In this document: piece after piece, positions 31,292 through 39,772 of the stretch
How positions within the stretch are numbered: the first letter of the stretch is position 1
Layout of the letters: each line of letters opens with the position of its first letter
Virus record (IMG/VR): IMGVR_UViG_2703718851_000004
Location: 1 to 42,238 of that record
Source: a virus
Taxonomy: Duplodnaviria; Heunggongvirae; Uroviricota; Caudoviricetes
Direction: 5' to 3' (one strand)
Length of the DNA stretch: 42,238 nt
Program-made: the position numbers and the translations under genes
Notes under the pieces: model-generated
Told to the model about the DNA's origin: nothing
Databases searched by the model: none
The model's input: the letters and a program-made list of their open reading frames with translations, nothing else

Positions 31292-31323
31292 GCCCTTTTT
31301 CAGGGCTGGGATGTGTAAGAGCG
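31292..31323 (-). promoter_or_regulatory. nutR (boxA CGCTCTTACACA and boxB GCCCTGAAAAAGGGC)
   Basis: Minus-strand sequence CGCTCTTACACATCCCAGCCCTGAAAAAGGGC between cro and cII. Confidence 0.85.
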
Positions 31324-31331
31324 GGAATGTC

Positions 31332-31547
31332 TTAAGCGGCTTTGTGTTCCGGCGGGAACACGTCATCAAGACTGACTTTTGCGCCTAACTTGTTTAGGCA
31401 CTCAACAAGAGCACGGCATGTTTTAAGGTCTGGGAAGCGACGACCAGATTCCCAATGTCCGATAGCTCCCTGTGTGCATCCAACTGCCTTAGCAAGTGTT
31501 GTTTGAGAGATATTCAGTGACTCTCGATATTTTCGTAGGTTGCTCAT
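31332..31547 (-). CDS. cro: Cro-like repressor (XRE-family HTH), non-lambda
   Basis: 71 aa from MSNLRKYRESLNISQTTLAKAVG... with GGAGGG RBS; divergent from cI. Confidence 0.8.
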   Translation of the reverse strand: MSNLRKYRESLNISQTTLAKAVGCTQGAIGHWESGRRFPDLKTCRALVECLNKLGAKVSLDDVFPPEHKAA

Positions 31548-31575
31548 ATGCCCTCCATAGTAACCATGAAACAAT

Positions 31576-31649
31576 AATACGATATGTACTTTTAGAATGC
31601 AAACAAAAAATACATCTTGTGCATGGATGGTTTTAGTACAGAGCGTAAT
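31576..31649. promoter_or_regulatory. OR region with divergent pR/pRM and candidate operator sites
   Basis: Two 15-bp sites with dyad AGTAC-N5-GTACT character: AATACGATATGTACT (31576..31590) and AGTACAGAGCGTAAT (31635..31649). Confidence 0.5.
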
Positions 31650-31658
31650 AATAAGGGT

Positions 31659-32318
31659 ATGAAAATGAAATGGTATGAACTGGCTAGATCCAGAATGAAA
31701 GAGCTCGGCATAACTCAAGAGAAGTTAGCTGAAGAGCTTGGTATGACGCAGGGTGGAATTGGTCACTGGTTGCGCGGATCTCGTCATCCATCTCTTGACG
31801 AGATTGGTGTGGTGTTTAAATACCTTGGTATTGATAACGTCTCATTCAACCACGACGGTACATTTTCACCTGTTGGCGAATACTCATCTGCCCCCGTTAA
31901 AAAACAATATGAGTACCCTGTTTTTTCTCATGTTCAGGCCGGGATGTTCTCGCCTGAGCTTAGAACCTTTACCAAAGGTGATGCGGAGAGATGGGTCAGC
32001 ACAACCAAAAAAGCCAGTGATTGTGCGTTCTGGCTTGAAGTTGAAGGTAATTCCATGACCGCGCCAACAGGATCCAAGCCAAGCTTTCCTGACGGGATGT
32101 TAATTCTCGTTGACCCTGAGCAGGCTGTTGAGCCAGGTGATTTCTGCATAGCCAGACTTGGTGGTGACGAGTTTACCTTCAAGAAACTGATCAGGGATAG
32201 CGGTCAGGTGTTCCTACAGCCACTAAACCCGCAATATCCAATGATCCCATGCAATGATAGCTGTTCCGTTGTAGGGAAAGTTATCGCCAGCCAGTGGCCT
32301 GAAGAGACATTTAGTTAA
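31659..32318 (+). CDS. cI: CI prophage repressor; LexA-like S24 C-terminal domain, non-lambda N-terminal HTH domain
   Basis: C-terminal ~130 aa nearly identical to lambda CI from memory; N-terminal DNA-binding domain differs; start 31659 or 31665. Confidence 0.9.
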   Translation: MKMKWYELARSRMKELGITQEKLAEELGMTQGGIGHWLRGSRHPSLDEIGVVFKYLGIDNVSFNHDGTFSPVGEYSSAPVKKQYEYPVFSHVQAGMFSPELRTFTKGDAERWVSTTKKASDCAFWLEVEGNSMTAPTGSKPSFPDGMLILVDPEQAVEPGDFCIARLGGDEFTFKKLIRDSGQVFLQPLNPQYPMIPCNDSCSVVGKVIASQWPEETFS

Positions 32319-32350
32319 CAGCCTCACCACTCTAAAGCACACAACAATAA

Positions 32351-32378
32351 CCCGACCTTAGTGTCGGGTTTTCTTTTT
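32351..32378 (+). terminator. Intrinsic terminator after cI
   Basis: Stem CCCGAC/GTCGGG with loop CTTAGT followed by TTTTCTTTTT. Confidence 0.7.
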
Positions 32379-32443
32379 CCAAAATATAAACCCATTAAAT
32401 ACAAAGCGTTATAAAAAACCAATTATATTTAGAACATTTTGTA

Positions 32444-32472
32444 TTGACTCGATAAAGTACAAATCGTACTAT
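32444..32472 (+). promoter_or_regulatory. Candidate pL promoter with overlapping OL operator
   Basis: TTGACT, 17-nt spacer, TACTAT; dyad site AGTACAAATCGTACT (32456..32470) overlaps spacer and -10. Confidence 0.5.
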
Positions 32473-32512
32473 TTAGCCATCAGCAGGACGCACTAACCAC
32501 CATTGAAGGTGA

Positions 32513-32543
32513 GGCTCTTAAAAATTAAGCCCTGAAGAAGGGC
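32513..32543 (+). promoter_or_regulatory. nutL (boxA variant GGCTCTTA and boxB GCCCTGAAGAAGGGC)
   Basis: GGCTCTTAAAAATTAAGCCCTGAAGAAGGGC upstream of N. Confidence 0.85.
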
Positions 32544-32653
32544 AGCATTCAAAGCAGAAGGCTTTGAGTAGCGCGAAATGCAGCTGCAAGACAGCAACCG
32601 TGGAGATAAGCATCACGGCGCGTTACTCAAAGCTAACTGACAGGAGAATCCAG

Positions 32654-32986
32654 ATGGATGCACAAACACGCCGCCGCGAACGTCGCGCAGAGAAACAGGC
32701 TCAATGGAAAGCAGCAAATCCCCTGTTGGTTGGGGTAAGCGCAAAACCAGTTAACCGCCCTATTCTCTCGCTGAATCGCAAACCGAAATCACGAGTAGAA
32801 AGCGCACTGAATCCGATAGACCTTACGGTGCTGGCTGAATACCACGAACAGATTGAAAGCAACCTGCAACGTATTGAGCGCAAGAATCAGCGCACATGGT
32901 ACAGCAAGCCACGCAGTGAAATGGGTGTGACTTGTGTTGGTCGCCAGAAGCAACGCGGAAAATCAATTCCAGCTTATTACGATTGA
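32654..32986 (+). CDS. N: Antiterminator N
   Basis: From MDAQTRRRERRAEKQAQWKAANPLLVGV..., matches lambda N from memory; AGGAGA RBS. Confidence 0.9.
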   Translation: MDAQTRRRERRAEKQAQWKAANPLLVGVSAKPVNRPILSLNRKPKSRVESALNPIDLTVLAEYHEQIESNLQRIERKNQRTWYSKPRSEMGVTCVGRQKQRGKSIPAYYD

Positions 32987-33256
32987 GGTGAGCCATGCTC
33001 AAGAAAGTCAAACGCCGACTTTACAAAGAAGGTAGATATTCATGCCATTTGCCAAAATGCGACACAGCAAAATGGAGTGTCGACGATTGGTGTAACTGGA
33101 TAGATAGATACGGAACTTGGTGGGATAAATAACAGGTAACTTAAGCGGATTTATTTTCGCAGCAAACCACTTATTTGAGGTGATATATGGAAGAAGAATT
33201 TGAAGAGTTCGAAGAGCATCCGCAGGATGTGATGGAACAATACCAGGACTATCCGT

Positions 33257-33457
33257 ATGACTACGACTATTGATAAGAATCAATGGTGTGGACAATTCAA
33301 GCGATGCAATGGATGCAAGCTGCAATCGGAATGCATGGTTAAGCCTGAAGAAATGTTTCCTGTAATGGAGGATGGGAAATATGTCGATAAATGGGCAATA
33401 CGAACGACGGCAATGATTGCCAGAGAACTTGGTAAACAGAATAACAAGGCTGCCTGA
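33257..33457 (+). CDS. ral: Restriction alleviation protein Ral
   Basis: 66 aa MTTTIDKNQWCGQFKRCNGCKLQSECMVKPEEMF..., matches lambda Ral from memory. Confidence 0.85.
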   Translation: MTTTIDKNQWCGQFKRCNGCKLQSECMVKPEEMFPVMEDGKYVDKWAIRTTAMIARELGKQNNKAA

Positions 33458-33498
33458 TGGTGGCCTTTATTTTTGGCATAAACAACAGAATAAACACT

Positions 33499-33536
33499 GC
33501 TCCGTGTATTCATTCCAACGAGTGAATACACGGAGC
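33499..33536. repeat. Perfect 14-bp inverted repeat with 10-nt loop
   Basis: GCTCCGTGTATTCA ... TGAATACACGGAGC; no clean T-run on either side. Confidence 0.8.
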
Positions 33537-33633
33537 AATGTCGCTCGTAACTAAACAGGAGCCGACTTGTTCTGATTATTGGAAATCTTCTTTGCCCTCC
33601 AGTGTGAGGGCAATTTTTTTTGATGGAGGATAT

Positions 33634-34602
33634 ATGAGTGAAGTAACAGATTTAGTTGTTATTGAAAAAGCAAATGCAATGACTGTATTTCAGTCTGCCG
33701 ACCAGATTGAAGAAATTCTCCAAAAGGTTGAACGTGAAGTTATGTCCTTTGTGCCTGATATCACAACGGCAAAGGGCAGAAAGGAGATCGCTTCTCTGGC
33801 GTATAAAGTTGCGCAGACGAAAACATATCTCGATGGTCTTGGCAAAGACCTTGTTGCTGAACTGAAGGAAATTCCAAAGCTAATTGATGCCAACCGCAAG
33901 ACAGTGCGCGATCGCCTTGATGAACTGAAAGCCAAGGCGCGCCAGCCTCTTACTGATTATGAGGAGGAACAGGCACGGATTAAAGCCGAAGAAGAAGCTA
34001 AGGCAGCAGCTGAAGCTCTCGCAAAGCAAATTGAGTCTGACCATGAAATAGCGATTTTGATGGATCGCGAATTTGACCGCAAAAGAGAAGAGGCAAGACT
34101 CAAAGTGGAGCAGGAAAAGCGAGAGCATGAAGAACGCTTAAAAAGAGAAGCTGAAGAGAAAGCCAGAGCAGAAGCCGAAGCAAAGGCAAAAGCCGAAATT
34201 GAAGCAGCAGCAAGGCGAGAAGCAGAAGCTAAGGCAGCAGCGGAACGTGCAGAGCGTGAACGCATTGAAGCCGAGCAACGAGCACAGCGCGAAGCAAAAG
34301 AGGCAGCAGAACGAGCTGAAAGAGAAAAGCAGGCGGCAATTGAAGCAGAACGCCGAAAAGCACAGGAGGAGGCTGAACGAATCCGGCGCGAGGCTGAAGC
34401 AAAAGAGCAAGCCAGAATAGCAGAAGAAAAAAGAATCAAGGAAGAAGAAGAGCGTAGAGCAAAGGATAAAGCTCACCGGAAAGAAGTAAATAACAAAATA
34501 CTTGCTGACCTTATCAAGGTTGGTGCATCAGAAGATGTTGCTAAAAATATCATAACAGCCATCGTAAAAGGCGAAGTATTCGCAACAAAAATAACCTACT
34601 AA
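33634..34602 (+). CDS. Hypothetical protein with long A/E/K/R-rich coiled-coil segment
   Basis: GGAGGA RBS before ATG 33634; central ~170 aa of repetitive EAKA/ERAE-type sequence. Confidence 0.7.
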   Translation: MSEVTDLVVIEKANAMTVFQSADQIEEILQKVEREVMSFVPDITTAKGRKEIASLAYKVAQTKTYLDGLGKDLVAELKEIPKLIDANRKTVRDRLDELKAKARQPLTDYEEEQARIKAEEEAKAAAEALAKQIESDHEIAILMDREFDRKREEARLKVEQEKREHEERLKREAEEKARAEAEAKAKAEIEAAARREAEAKAAAERAERERIEAEQRAQREAKEAAERAEREKQAAIEAERRKAQEEAERIRREAEAKEQARIAEEKRIKEEEERRAKDKAHRKEVNNKILADLIKVGASEDVAKNIITAIVKGEVFATKITY

Positions 34603-34626
34603 TAAAACCAACATAAGGAACCACCC

Positions 34627-34758
34627 ATGATTTACGCAATCGCGGGAGGCGCTCGCATGGGTGCCTTCCAACTAAATGAATCTTTACTTGAACGAATCAC
34701 CCGCAAGTTACGTGACGGATGGAAAAGAGTTGAGGTCTTATTATGCGCAATGAAATAG
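34627..34758 (+). CDS. cIII: CIII-like FtsH inhibitor
   Basis: 43-aa ORF containing ESLLERITRKLRDGWKR core as in lambda CIII; AAGGAA RBS. Confidence 0.7.
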   Translation: MIYAIAGGARMGAFQLNESLLERITRKLRDGWKRVEVLLCAMK

Positions 34759-34895
34759 CCATTAATCACCAGATGCTTCGTGCGGCACAAAACAAAGCAG
34801 TAATAGCCAGATTTATTGGTGATTCCAAAATGTGGCTTGAAGCAAATAAAGCGATGAAATCAGCTATCAACCTTCCGTGGTATCGCAGGAAATGA
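34743..34895 (+). CDS. Small protein, possibly Kil-like
   Basis: 50-aa ORF overlapping cIII stop and next start; ...ARFIGDSKMW... weakly reminiscent of lambda Kil. Confidence 0.35.
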   Translation: MRNEIAINHQMLRAAQNKAVIARFIGDSKMWLEANKAMKSAINLPWYRRK

Positions 34896-35050
34896 GTTTC
34901 ACAGATAACTGGTCAGACGAAGAATTCATTCGTCAGATGAAAGAATTAATCGGTAACGAAGGAGATATTCATGTCACTTGCAACCACAGTGAAGGAGAGC
35001 AAGTTACAGAGACGCATGTACACGCAGAAAGCTCTCTGGTATCGCCATAA
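34892..35050 (+). CDS. Small acidic hypothetical protein
   Basis: 52-aa ORF coupled by ATGA overlap to the upstream ORF. Confidence 0.35.
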   Translation: MSFTDNWSDEEFIRQMKELIGNEGDIHVTCNHSEGEQVTETHVHAESSLVSP

Positions 35051-35151
35051 TGGTGACCGCGAAGGAATGCGGGTATGCCTTAATTTGTCCCGAGTCGAAG
35101 TATTAAATCAGCGTTATTTCCTTGGTCCATGTCCATTCTGAGAACAATCAT

Positions 35152-35757
35152 ATGAGCAAAGAATTTTACGCAAGACTGGCAGTTATTCAGGAGAATCTGA
35201 ACGCGCCAAAAAATCAGTACAACTCATTCGGCAAATATAAATACAGAAGCTGCGAAGACATTCTTGAAGGCGTTAAGCCGCTACTGAATGGCCTGTTTTT
35301 ATCAATCAGCGATGAAGTTGTGTTGATTGGTGATCGGTATTACGTGAAAGCCACGGCAACTATTACCGATGGCGAAAACAGTCATACGGCAACCGCCCTT
35401 GCACGAGAGGAAGAAAGCAAGAAAGGAATGGATTCTGCACAAGTTACTGGAGCTACAAGCTCTTATGCACGCAAGTATTGCCTCAATGGTTTGTTCGGCA
35501 TTGATGATGCGAAAGATGCAGATACAGACGAGCATAAACATCAGCAGAACGCAGCAGCAAAGCAATCAAAACCATCACCTACACCTGAACAGGTTCTAAA
35601 AGCATTCACTGACGCAGCAATGCAAAAAAACACCGTAGAAGAGCTTAAACAGGCGTTCGCCAAAGCGTGGAAGATGCTCGAAGGCACACTTGAGCAGCAC
35701 AAAGCGCAGGAAGTTTACAACATCAGACGAGACGAATTAGAAGGAGCGGCTGCTTAA
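35152..35757 (+). CDS. erf: Erf single-strand annealing recombinase
   Basis: From MSKEFYARLAVIQENLNAPKNQYNSFGKYKYRSCEDILEGVKPLL..., matches P22 Erf from memory. Confidence 0.85.
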   Translation: MSKEFYARLAVIQENLNAPKNQYNSFGKYKYRSCEDILEGVKPLLNGLFLSISDEVVLIGDRYYVKATATITDGENSHTATALAREEESKKGMDSAQVTGATSSYARKYCLNGLFGIDDAKDADTDEHKHQQNAAAKQSKPSPTPEQVLKAFTDAAMQKNTVEELKQAFAKAWKMLEGTLEQHKAQEVYNIRRDELEGAAA

Positions 35758-36140
35758 TGGCACATTCGATTACTGTAAGACTAAACAAACCTGCAAGAGA
35801 GTTTCAGGCCGGGGAAAATATCGGATTCAACATCCGTGCTGGCGTTCAGTATTACGATCGCCAGACAAAAAAGAAAGAATGGACAAACTACAGCGCCGTT
35901 GTATTTGCCAAGCCGGGAGCGCAAGCGGATTACTATCGTAGCGTTCTGGTTGAAGGAGGCATTGTAGAAATTACCGGAGAAAACATCAGGGTTGATGTTT
36001 ATCAGGGGCAAAATGGTCAATCAATCACTCTTGAATTACTGAATGCAAAGATTGGATTTGCAACTTCAGGAAACAGCCAACAGCAGCAAAGTAGCAATCA
36101 TCAAAATCATCCTGAATACGACGATTCAATTCCCTTCTAG
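35757..36140 (+). CDS. Short single-stranded-DNA-binding protein with SSB-type acidic C-terminal tail
   Basis: 127 aa; Q-rich linker and C-terminal EYDDSIPF; AAGGAG RBS; start overlaps erf stop. Confidence 0.65.
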   Translation: MAHSITVRLNKPAREFQAGENIGFNIRAGVQYYDRQTKKKEWTNYSAVVFAKPGAQADYYRSVLVEGGIVEITGENIRVDVYQGQNGQSITLELLNAKIGFATSGNSQQQQSSNHQNHPEYDDSIPF

Positions 36141-36163
36141 ATTAGCAAAATAAGGATTCCATT

Positions 36164-36457
36164 ATGCCAGCGCCTCTGTATGGTGCGGATGACCCGCGCC
36201 GCTGTTCCGGCAATTCCGTATCGGAGGTGCTGGATAAATTCAGGAAAAACTACGACCGGATAATGTCGCTACCGCAGGAAACGAAAGAGGAAAAGGAATT
36301 TCGCCATTGTATATGGCTTGCAGAGAAAGAAGAACGCGAGCGAATTTACCAGACATCAATCCGACCATTCCGCAAAGCCACATATACCCACTTCCCTGAA
36401 ATTGACCCGCGCCTGCGTAATTACCGCTCACGCTATGGCGCTATCAGTAATGACTGA
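36164..36457 (+). CDS. Hypothetical protein
   Basis: 97-aa ORF in coupled early-left gene string. Confidence 0.5.
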   Translation: MPAPLYGADDPRRCSGNSVSEVLDKFRKNYDRIMSLPQETKEEKEFRHCIWLAEKEERERIYQTSIRPFRKATYTHFPEIDPRLRNYRSRYGAISND

Positions 36458-36632
36458 GGAATTTACCATGAGAGGACTTGCATACAATCCCGGCATTCTT
36501 CCGGCAGAAATGATTATTCGCCAACGCGTAAAGCCAATGCCATCGAGAGAGGAATTGCTAAAGAGAAATTCTTTTCCGTCAGTGAATCAAAACAAATATC
36601 TGAATGCGATGTGGCGGAGTGGGAAGAAATGA
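36450..36632 (+). CDS. Hypothetical protein
   Basis: 60-aa ORF from [15 protein letters not shown]...; ATGA overlaps with neighbours. Confidence 0.4.
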   Translation: MTEEFTMRGLAYNPGILPAEMIIRQRVKPMPSREELLKRNSFPSVNQNKYLNAMWRSGKK

Positions 36633-37111
36633 AACAAATGACACTAATTGAGATGGATGGATTTCTGAAAGGTAAATGCATCCCAAGTGATTTAAAGGTT
36701 AACGAAACAAACGCTGAATATCTGGTGCGTAAATTTGCTGAAGCGGAGGCCAAGTGCGCGGCGCTGGCAGCGGAGAATGCGGGGCTGAAGTCTGGCGCTA
36801 TGGGCGAAATCAAGGTTATCAACCGTGGAGGGCAGGCATATTGCGTAAAAGATGGAGTGCAAGTTAATCCCATGTATGCAAGAGGGTGGAATGACTATCG
36901 CGCAAAGTCTCTGCAATCAGACACCCCAGCCACCGATGCTTTCCTGGCTGAAGTACGGGCGCAGGGGGTAGAGATGTACGCAGATAACCTCGACAACGGA
37001 GCAGACGACGCAGAACGAGGTGGTTTTGATGATGCCGTTAAGTTTCTACGCAGTGAAGCGTCTGGTGTACGTTTGTTCGCCGACCAGCTTCGCAAAGGAG
37101 GCAACCAGTGA
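36629..37111 (+). CDS. Hypothetical protein
   Basis: ORF from [15 protein letters not shown]...; start overlaps previous stop. Confidence 0.55.
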   Translation: MKQMTLIEMDGFLKGKCIPSDLKVNETNAEYLVRKFAEAEAKCAALAAENAGLKSGAMGEIKVINRGGQAYCVKDGVQVNPMYARGWNDYRAKSLQSDTPATDAFLAEVRAQGVEMYADNLDNGADDAERGGFDDAVKFLRSEASGVRLFADQLRKGGNQ

Positions 37112-37653
37112 GTGTAACGGTTGAAAAGATTGATGTGTTGTCATTCGTTATAACCGGTGCAGAGCGACTAGATCCGGTTCGAGTGATGATTGAAAACTAC
37201 GAACCTGGTAAGGGAAGAATCACCATCACCTGCTACGGAAAAGCGTGGACTGCGGCTTGGTTTGCTATGGGCGGTGATGATGTGCAGACGTTCATTAAGC
37301 GGGTCAGCAACGAGTATCTAATCGGCTATTTCGACCCTCAACTGCGAAGCACGGTCGACGATGACAACGATGCAAATCTGCTTTTCGTGAAGTCAGAAAT
37401 CATAAAGTTACGAAGAGAGAGAGAAATCGACGCGGTACAGGCTCGAGAAATGTGGGACGAGGCGGAAAACGCCGATGACGTAAAAGAAAGCTGCTGTTGT
37501 TTCGGTGTCGGTAACAAACTGCTGAATCTCTTTGGTGATGATCCGTGGTATGCCGACTGGCCAACGGCACCAAACCCGAAATACCAGTATCTGGAACGCG
37601 TACTTAATGCAGTGAGAGACGGTCTTAAGCAAATAGAGAAGGTGGAACCATGA
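37108..37653 (+). CDS. Hypothetical protein (GTG start)
   Basis: 181-aa ORF with acidic central region and CCC motif; GTGA overlap with upstream stop. Confidence 0.55.
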   Translation: MSVTVEKIDVLSFVITGAERLDPVRVMIENYEPGKGRITITCYGKAWTAAWFAMGGDDVQTFIKRVSNEYLIGYFDPQLRSTVDDDNDANLLFVKSEIIKLRREREIDAVQAREMWDEAENADDVKESCCCFGVGNKLLNLFGDDPWYADWPTAPNPKYQYLERVLNAVRDGLKQIEKVEP

Positions 37654-37949
37654 CTGTATGTCTTATTGATAAACGTCGACGTGGGCAACAAATACCATCT
37701 GTTGAAATGCCGAATCACACATGGTTTTGCGTACTTGATATCGATGGTATGGATGCGTTGGTTAACACTCGTCATTACTGCGATACCGCAACAGCTACTC
37801 CGGCGAAAGCAAAGAAAATGGCTGATCTGATAGAAAACTGGACTCCACCTGATGGTTGGTGCAATGGGAATGATCGAGATTGGCATGAAAAAATGAAGGG
37901 CTATATCTGCGATTTCTTACGTAAATGCAACGGATTCAGGGTGATGTGA
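37650..37949 (+). CDS. Hypothetical Cys-containing protein
   Basis: 99-aa ORF, ATGA overlap with upstream gene. Confidence 0.5.
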   Translation: MTVCLIDKRRRGQQIPSVEMPNHTWFCVLDIDGMDALVNTRHYCDTATATPAKAKKMADLIENWTPPDGWCNGNDRDWHEKMKGYICDFLRKCNGFRVM

Positions 37950-37950
37950 C

Positions 37951-38649
37951 ATGAACAAGATTGACTATCAGGCACTGCGTGAAGCGGCAGAGAAAGCCGG
38001 TGAAGATAAGTGGCAGGCTAAAAAAATAAATGGTGATTTTTTCGTTATTCGTCACGGTAGTTATACAAGACAGCATGGCTACACATCGTATCAACCCATT
38101 GCGGAGATTGATTGTAAGCCAGTCCGGGATTTTGTTGCCAAGGCTAATCCGGCTACCGTGCTGGCACTACTGGATGAACGGGAAAGGAACCAGCAATACA
38201 TCAAACGCCGCGACCAGGAGAACGAGGATATTGCGTTAACGGTAGGGAAGCTGCGTGTTGAGCTGGAAGGCAAAGACAGCAAAATAGCCAATCTTACCGC
38301 CGAACGCGATGCTCTTCGTGAAGGTGAGATGGGCGACGCTAGGCATAGCAACACACGGGCCGCAGCTGATATCTACTTCCAACTGGTCGAGGAGTGCGAA
38401 ATTCCTGCTGGCGGATCTCTGGTCGAGTACGTTGACGATATGCGCGAGAAGCTGGAAGCCGCAGAGAAGCGCATTGCTGAGCTGGAGTTGCGGGAGGTTG
38501 TGCTTCCGCAATGCTATAGCATGTTGCATCGCGTCGATTTTGACGAGCCTTACCACACTGAAATGGTTTACAGGCAGCATCAGGTTCTTGAGGCACTGCA
38601 CAACGCTGGAATAAACGTCACCGAATCAGGTAAAGGAGAGGCATCATGA
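37951..38649 (+). CDS. Ead/Ea22-like early protein
   Basis: 232 aa; N-terminal MNKIDYQALREAAEKA and central coiled coil typical of Ea22-like proteins (from memory). Confidence 0.55.
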   Translation: MNKIDYQALREAAEKAGEDKWQAKKINGDFFVIRHGSYTRQHGYTSYQPIAEIDCKPVRDFVAKANPATVLALLDERERNQQYIKRRDQENEDIALTVGKLRVELEGKDSKIANLTAERDALREGEMGDARHSNTRAAADIYFQLVEECEIPAGGSLVEYVDDMREKLEAAEKRIAELELREVVLPQCYSMLHRVDFDEPYHTEMVYRQHQVLEALHNAGINVTESGKGEAS

Positions 38650-39164
38650 GCACTATCACAAGAGAATGGCTGCAGCAGGCTATCAACGATTATGAAAGCG
38701 TTCGTGATGAGCTTCCTTTCGGGCTTGATGATTACCAGGGGAATATCCTGGCTGCCCTGCGTATCGCACTGGCATCGCTGGAAGCAGAGCCGGTGGCGTG
38801 GAAGGTAACATTCACGCAAATTGACCGTGAATATAACACGTTCACTGGTATGTATTCTGACAAAGCAGAAGTCGAACGGTGGGTGCGGCTGCATAAAGCA
38901 TGTAATTTTCGGGCAGATATAACACCGCTTTATACCGCCAAGCCAGTGCCGGTAACTCCGGGTGGTTGGATAAGCTGTAGTGATCGAATGCCGGAAGACA
39001 CCAAAATGTTACTGGCATTTAGTCAAGGTGAAATCGTGGCCGCATATTGGAACTGGGTTGTAAATCCAATTGATTACAAAAAATATAGAGCTTTCACGTA
39101 TTTATCAGGAAATATCTTGGATGACGTAACTCACTGGATGCCGCTACCAGAGCCTCCACTTTGA
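38646..39164 (+). CDS. DUF551-like phage protein
   Basis: 172 aa; C-terminal HWMPLPEPP motif characteristic of the DUF551 family (from memory). Confidence 0.6.
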   Translation: MSTITREWLQQAINDYESVRDELPFGLDDYQGNILAALRIALASLEAEPVAWKVTFTQIDREYNTFTGMYSDKAEVERWVRLHKACNFRADITPLYTAKPVPVTPGGWISCSDRMPEDTKMLLAFSQGEIVAAYWNWVVNPIDYKKYRAFTYLSGNILDDVTHWMPLPEPPL

Positions 39165-39260
39165 AAGCGAAGCTTATACATATCTTTTACATCAGCAATC
39201 TATTGTTAATCTCCAATCAATGTTACGTTGTCATCTCACTCATGCTTTGGAGGTAGTGAT

Positions 39261-39440
39261 ATGTCTTGTCCAAAATGCGGTTCTGGAAATATTGCAAAAG
39301 AAAAAACAATGCGTGGATGGTCTGGTGATTATGTGTGCTGCGATTGCGGATACAACGACTCTAAAGACGCATTTGGAGAGCGTGGTAAAAACGAGTTTGT
39401 TAAAATTAATAAAGAACGCGAAGGCAACGAAAAAAGCTAA
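39261..39440 (+). CDS. Small zinc-ribbon protein
   Basis: 59 aa with CPKCGSG ... CCDCGYN motifs; GGAGG RBS 7 nt upstream of ATG. Confidence 0.6.
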   Translation: MSCPKCGSGNIAKEKTMRGWSGDYVCCDCGYNDSKDAFGERGKNEFVKINKEREGNEKS

Positions 39441-39503
39441 TTTATTTATTCATATATGAAAACAATGTAACCAATATTCGAATTGAAGAACTGAAAGAAC
39501 ACC

Positions 39504-39527
39504 AAACCGCCTGATGGCGGTTTTTTC
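39504..39527 (+). terminator. Intrinsic terminator upstream of xis
   Basis: Stem ACCGCC/GGCGGT with loop TGAT followed by TTTTTT. Confidence 0.7.
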
Positions 39528-39541
39528 TTGCGTGTAATTGC
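39528..39541 (+). promoter_or_regulatory. CII-binding site of pI (TTGC-N6-TTGC)
   Basis: TTGCGTGTAATTGC just upstream of xis start, as in lambda pI. Confidence 0.75.
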
Positions 39542-39553
39542 GGAGACTTTGCG

Positions 39554-39772
39554 ATGTACTTGACACTTCAGGAGTGGAACGCTCGCCAGCGACGTCCAAG
39601 AAGCCTTGAAACAGTTCGTCGATGGGTACGCGAATGCAGGATATTCCCTCCTCCGGTTAAGGATGGAAGAGAGTATCTGTTCCACGAATCAGCGGTAAAG
39701 GTTGACTTAAATCGACCAGTAACAGGTAGCCTTTTGAAGAGGATCAGAAATGGGAAGAAGGCGAAGTCATGA
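39554..39772 (+). CDS. xis: Excisionase Xis
   Basis: 72 aa MYLTLQEWNARQRRPRSLETVRRWVRECRIFPPPVKDGREYLFHESAV..., matches lambda Xis from memory; overlaps int start. Confidence 0.95.
   Translation: MYLTLQEWNARQRRPRSLETVRRWVRECRIFPPPVKDGREYLFHESAVKVDLNRPVTGSLLKRIRNGKKAKS

Noticed and set aside
32319-32653. rexA/rexB-type exclusion genes downstream of cI
   Set aside because: Only ~335 bp separate cI from N, and they are occupied by a terminator, pL/OL and nutL; there is no ORF space, so rex genes are absent rather than missed.
33008-33325. 105-aa minus-strand ORF overlapping the N-ral interval
   Set aside because: Antisense to ral and to the plus-strand early transcript; no start context. Two short plus-strand ORFs in the N-ral gap (about 34 and 28 aa) were also noted but are too short and unsupported to call.
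33880-34476. Three minus-strand ORFs (33880..34128, 33957..34439, 34138..34476) with Ser/Ala/Cys/Phe-rich low-complexity translations
   Set aside because: They lie antisense to the repetitive coiled-coil coding region of the 33634..34602 gene; open frames on the opposite strand are a by-product of the GAA/GCA-rich repeats, with no RBS or start context.
37338-37886. 182-aa minus-strand ORF
   Set aside because: Antisense to the coupled plus-strand early genes 37108..37949; Ser/Cys/Arg-rich translation typical of a non-coding frame.
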